15,276 bases of DNA from a virus (Duplodnaviria; Heunggongvirae; Uroviricota; Caudoviricetes). The notes beneath the pieces are model-generated. The model was given only the letters and a program-made list of their open reading frames with translations. It was not told the origin of the DNA and made no database searches. A program made the position numbers and the translations under genes. This document shows, in pieces, positions 14,343-15,276 of the stretch (the stretch's first letter is position 1; every line of letters starts with the position of its first letter). The stretch is taken from positions 1 to 15,276 of IMG/VR virus record IMGVR_UViG_2609459826_000005. The stretch is one strand, 5' to 3'.

Positions 14343-14609
14343 GCCATGGCTGCAGTAGCTGTGCAGTTATTACTTGCAATTACGTCTGGAAATTGGTGTT
14401 GTGGCGGTGTGCTGGGATGTTTATGGTTCATATCCAGAGAGCACACCCAAGCTGAATATCGCTGGATTGCTCAGTTCGGCGAAGGCAAGCGCGCCAACAT
14501 GCCTTGGTGGGGCGGGTTCGACTGGCGAGTGTGGAATCTGCCCAGCCTTCTCGACTGGCTGATTCCGGTGCTGGCCTGTAGTGTCGTTTATTTTGTCTCC
14601 ACCATCTGA
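14343..14609 (+). CDS. small two-helix membrane protein (88 aa), Trp-rich loop
   Basis: Start chosen at ATG 14343 because the listed start at 14259 lies inside the preceding ORF. Hydrophobic segments AAVAVQLLLAITSGNWCCGGVLGCLWFI and LLDWLIPVLACSVVYFVSTI flank a loop containing NMPWWGGFDWRVW. Confidence 0.45.
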   Translation, partial: AMAAVAVQLLLAITSGNWCCGGVLGCLWFISREHTQAEYRWIAQFGEGKRANMPWWGGFDWRVWNLPSLLDWLIPVLACSVVYFVSTI

Positions 14610-14665
14610 CTTCTGTAATCGGCATTGATAGGCGTCGCCTCATTGATCTGCACCCCTTTCAAAAC

Positions 14666-14685
14666 TACTGTATATAAAAACAGTA
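14666..14685 (+). promoter_or_regulatory. LexA (SOS) box TACTGTATATAAAAACAGTA
   Basis: CTGT-N8-ACAG with AT-rich spacer, 17/20 match to the E. coli consensus TACTGTATATATATACAGTA; sits directly upstream of AAGGAG (14687-14692) and the GTG start at 14702. Confidence 0.7.
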
Positions 14686-14701
14686 TAAAGGAGTGCAGAT
14701 C

Positions 14702-14941
14702 GTGCCCCGCAAATCAGACATTCACAGCGCATTTGTCGCTGCAATACAGCTAAATCCTAAGGGATACCAGTGTTTACGCACGGACGACTTTATTCGAGAA
14801 CTTGCCAAGGTGCACTGGCATTTCAGTCAGGAAGATGCCAATGACTGGATAGAGCGCTACCAGGAGTTCTTCGTCGATAAGACGCCTGATAACAGCCAGA
14901 ACAGGTTGTGGATCCTGCGCAACATGGGGAGGGTGCTCTGA
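14702..14941 (+). CDS. hypothetical protein (79 aa), first gene of a putative LexA-regulated operon
   Basis: GTG 14702 lies 9 nt after AAGGAG (the listed start at 14693 has zero spacing to the RBS). Stop TGA overlaps the ATG of the next gene (TGATG). No recognised motif. Confidence 0.5.
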   Translation: MPRKSDIHSAFVAAIQLNPKGYQCLRTDDFIRELAKVHWHFSQEDANDWIERYQEFFVDKTPDNSQNRLWILRNMGRVL

Positions 14942-15276
14942 TGGGGTTTCCTTCACCGGCGGGCGACTACGTAGAGCAGCGGTTAACACCGGAGCGTATC
15001 TGCGGGATCGGCATGGACAGCCGCATCCTCGAAACATCATCCGGCTTTGCCGTTATCGAGCCGTGCACCAGGCTGGTACAGAATCAGGTTCTGCTGATTT
15101 TGTCTGGCGGCCGGACTCAGTTTGCCCGGGTAATGGGTAGGGCGCTGATTTGTGATGATGGCGAAGCGATCGAAGGTGATGCAGCTGAAGAGGCTGAGGT
15201 TATGAGGCGGGTGACGCACTTTATCAACAGCACTGATGCTGCGATATCTCTTGAGGCGGCATTGGCGCAGTTTTGA
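14941..15276 (+). CDS. UmuD-like (LexA/S24 superfamily-related) protein, divergent
   Basis: 111 aa starting MGFPSPAGDYVEQRL, matching the N-terminal arm motif of UmuD/MucA (GFPSPAADYVEQRIDL / GFPSPAQGYEKQEL as recalled). The canonical GDSM serine and the catalytic lysine context are not evident. Stop codon is the last three bases of the window. Confidence 0.5.
   Translation: MGFPSPAGDYVEQRLTPERICGIGMDSRILETSSGFAVIEPCTRLVQNQVLLILSGGRTQFARVMGRALICDDGEAIEGDAAEEAEVMRRVTHFINSTDAAISLEAALAQF

Noticed and set aside
14428-15219. Minus-strand ORFs 14428-14643, 14774-15040 and 15037-15219
   Set aside because: Antisense to + strand genes that have clear RBS, translational coupling and a recognisable protein motif (GFPSPAGDYVEQ).
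1-15276. CRISPR arrays, tRNA/rRNA genes, integrase, transposase or IS elements
   Set aside because: No array of regularly spaced direct repeats, no cloverleaf-like tRNA candidates and no recognisable recombinase motifs were found; the window appears to be entirely the tail region of the prophage.

Overview
This window reads as the tail-morphogenesis half of a lambdoid/HK97-like siphovirus prophage from an enterobacterial host, with every supported gene on the + strand. The order is head-tail joining genes (1-1637), major tail protein with a C-terminal Ig-like domain (1701-2444), a putative tail assembly chaperone (2505-3179), tape measure protein (5325-7727), three minor tail/tip proteins including an NlpC/P60-like one (7737-9082), a gpI/gpJ-like central tail fibre protein (9079-12165) and a low-GC tail fibre/tailspike (12222-13889). 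Many adjacent genes have overlapping stop/start codons (355/357, 528/530, 1254/1257, 8204/8207, 9079/9082, 14941), typical of phage structural operons. Two accessory regions stand out. First, a ~2.1 kb moron island sits between the chaperone and the tape measure gene, where they normally abut. It carries a KilA-N protein, a small AT-rich ORF, a standalone FtsH-like (M41, HEAGH) zinc peptidase domain and a small lipoprotein, bracketed by intrinsic terminators and with a consensus TATAAT. Second, after the fibre gene there are small ORFs including a two-helix membrane protein, then a near-consensus LexA box in front of a two-gene operon whose second product opens with the UmuD-family GFPSPAxDYVEQ motif. 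A conserved terminator-RBS-start cassette precedes both the tape measure and fibre genes, pointing to modular exchange. No tRNA, rRNA, CRISPR array, integrase or transposase was seen. All calls rest on reading the sequence and recalled family motifs; no database search was run.
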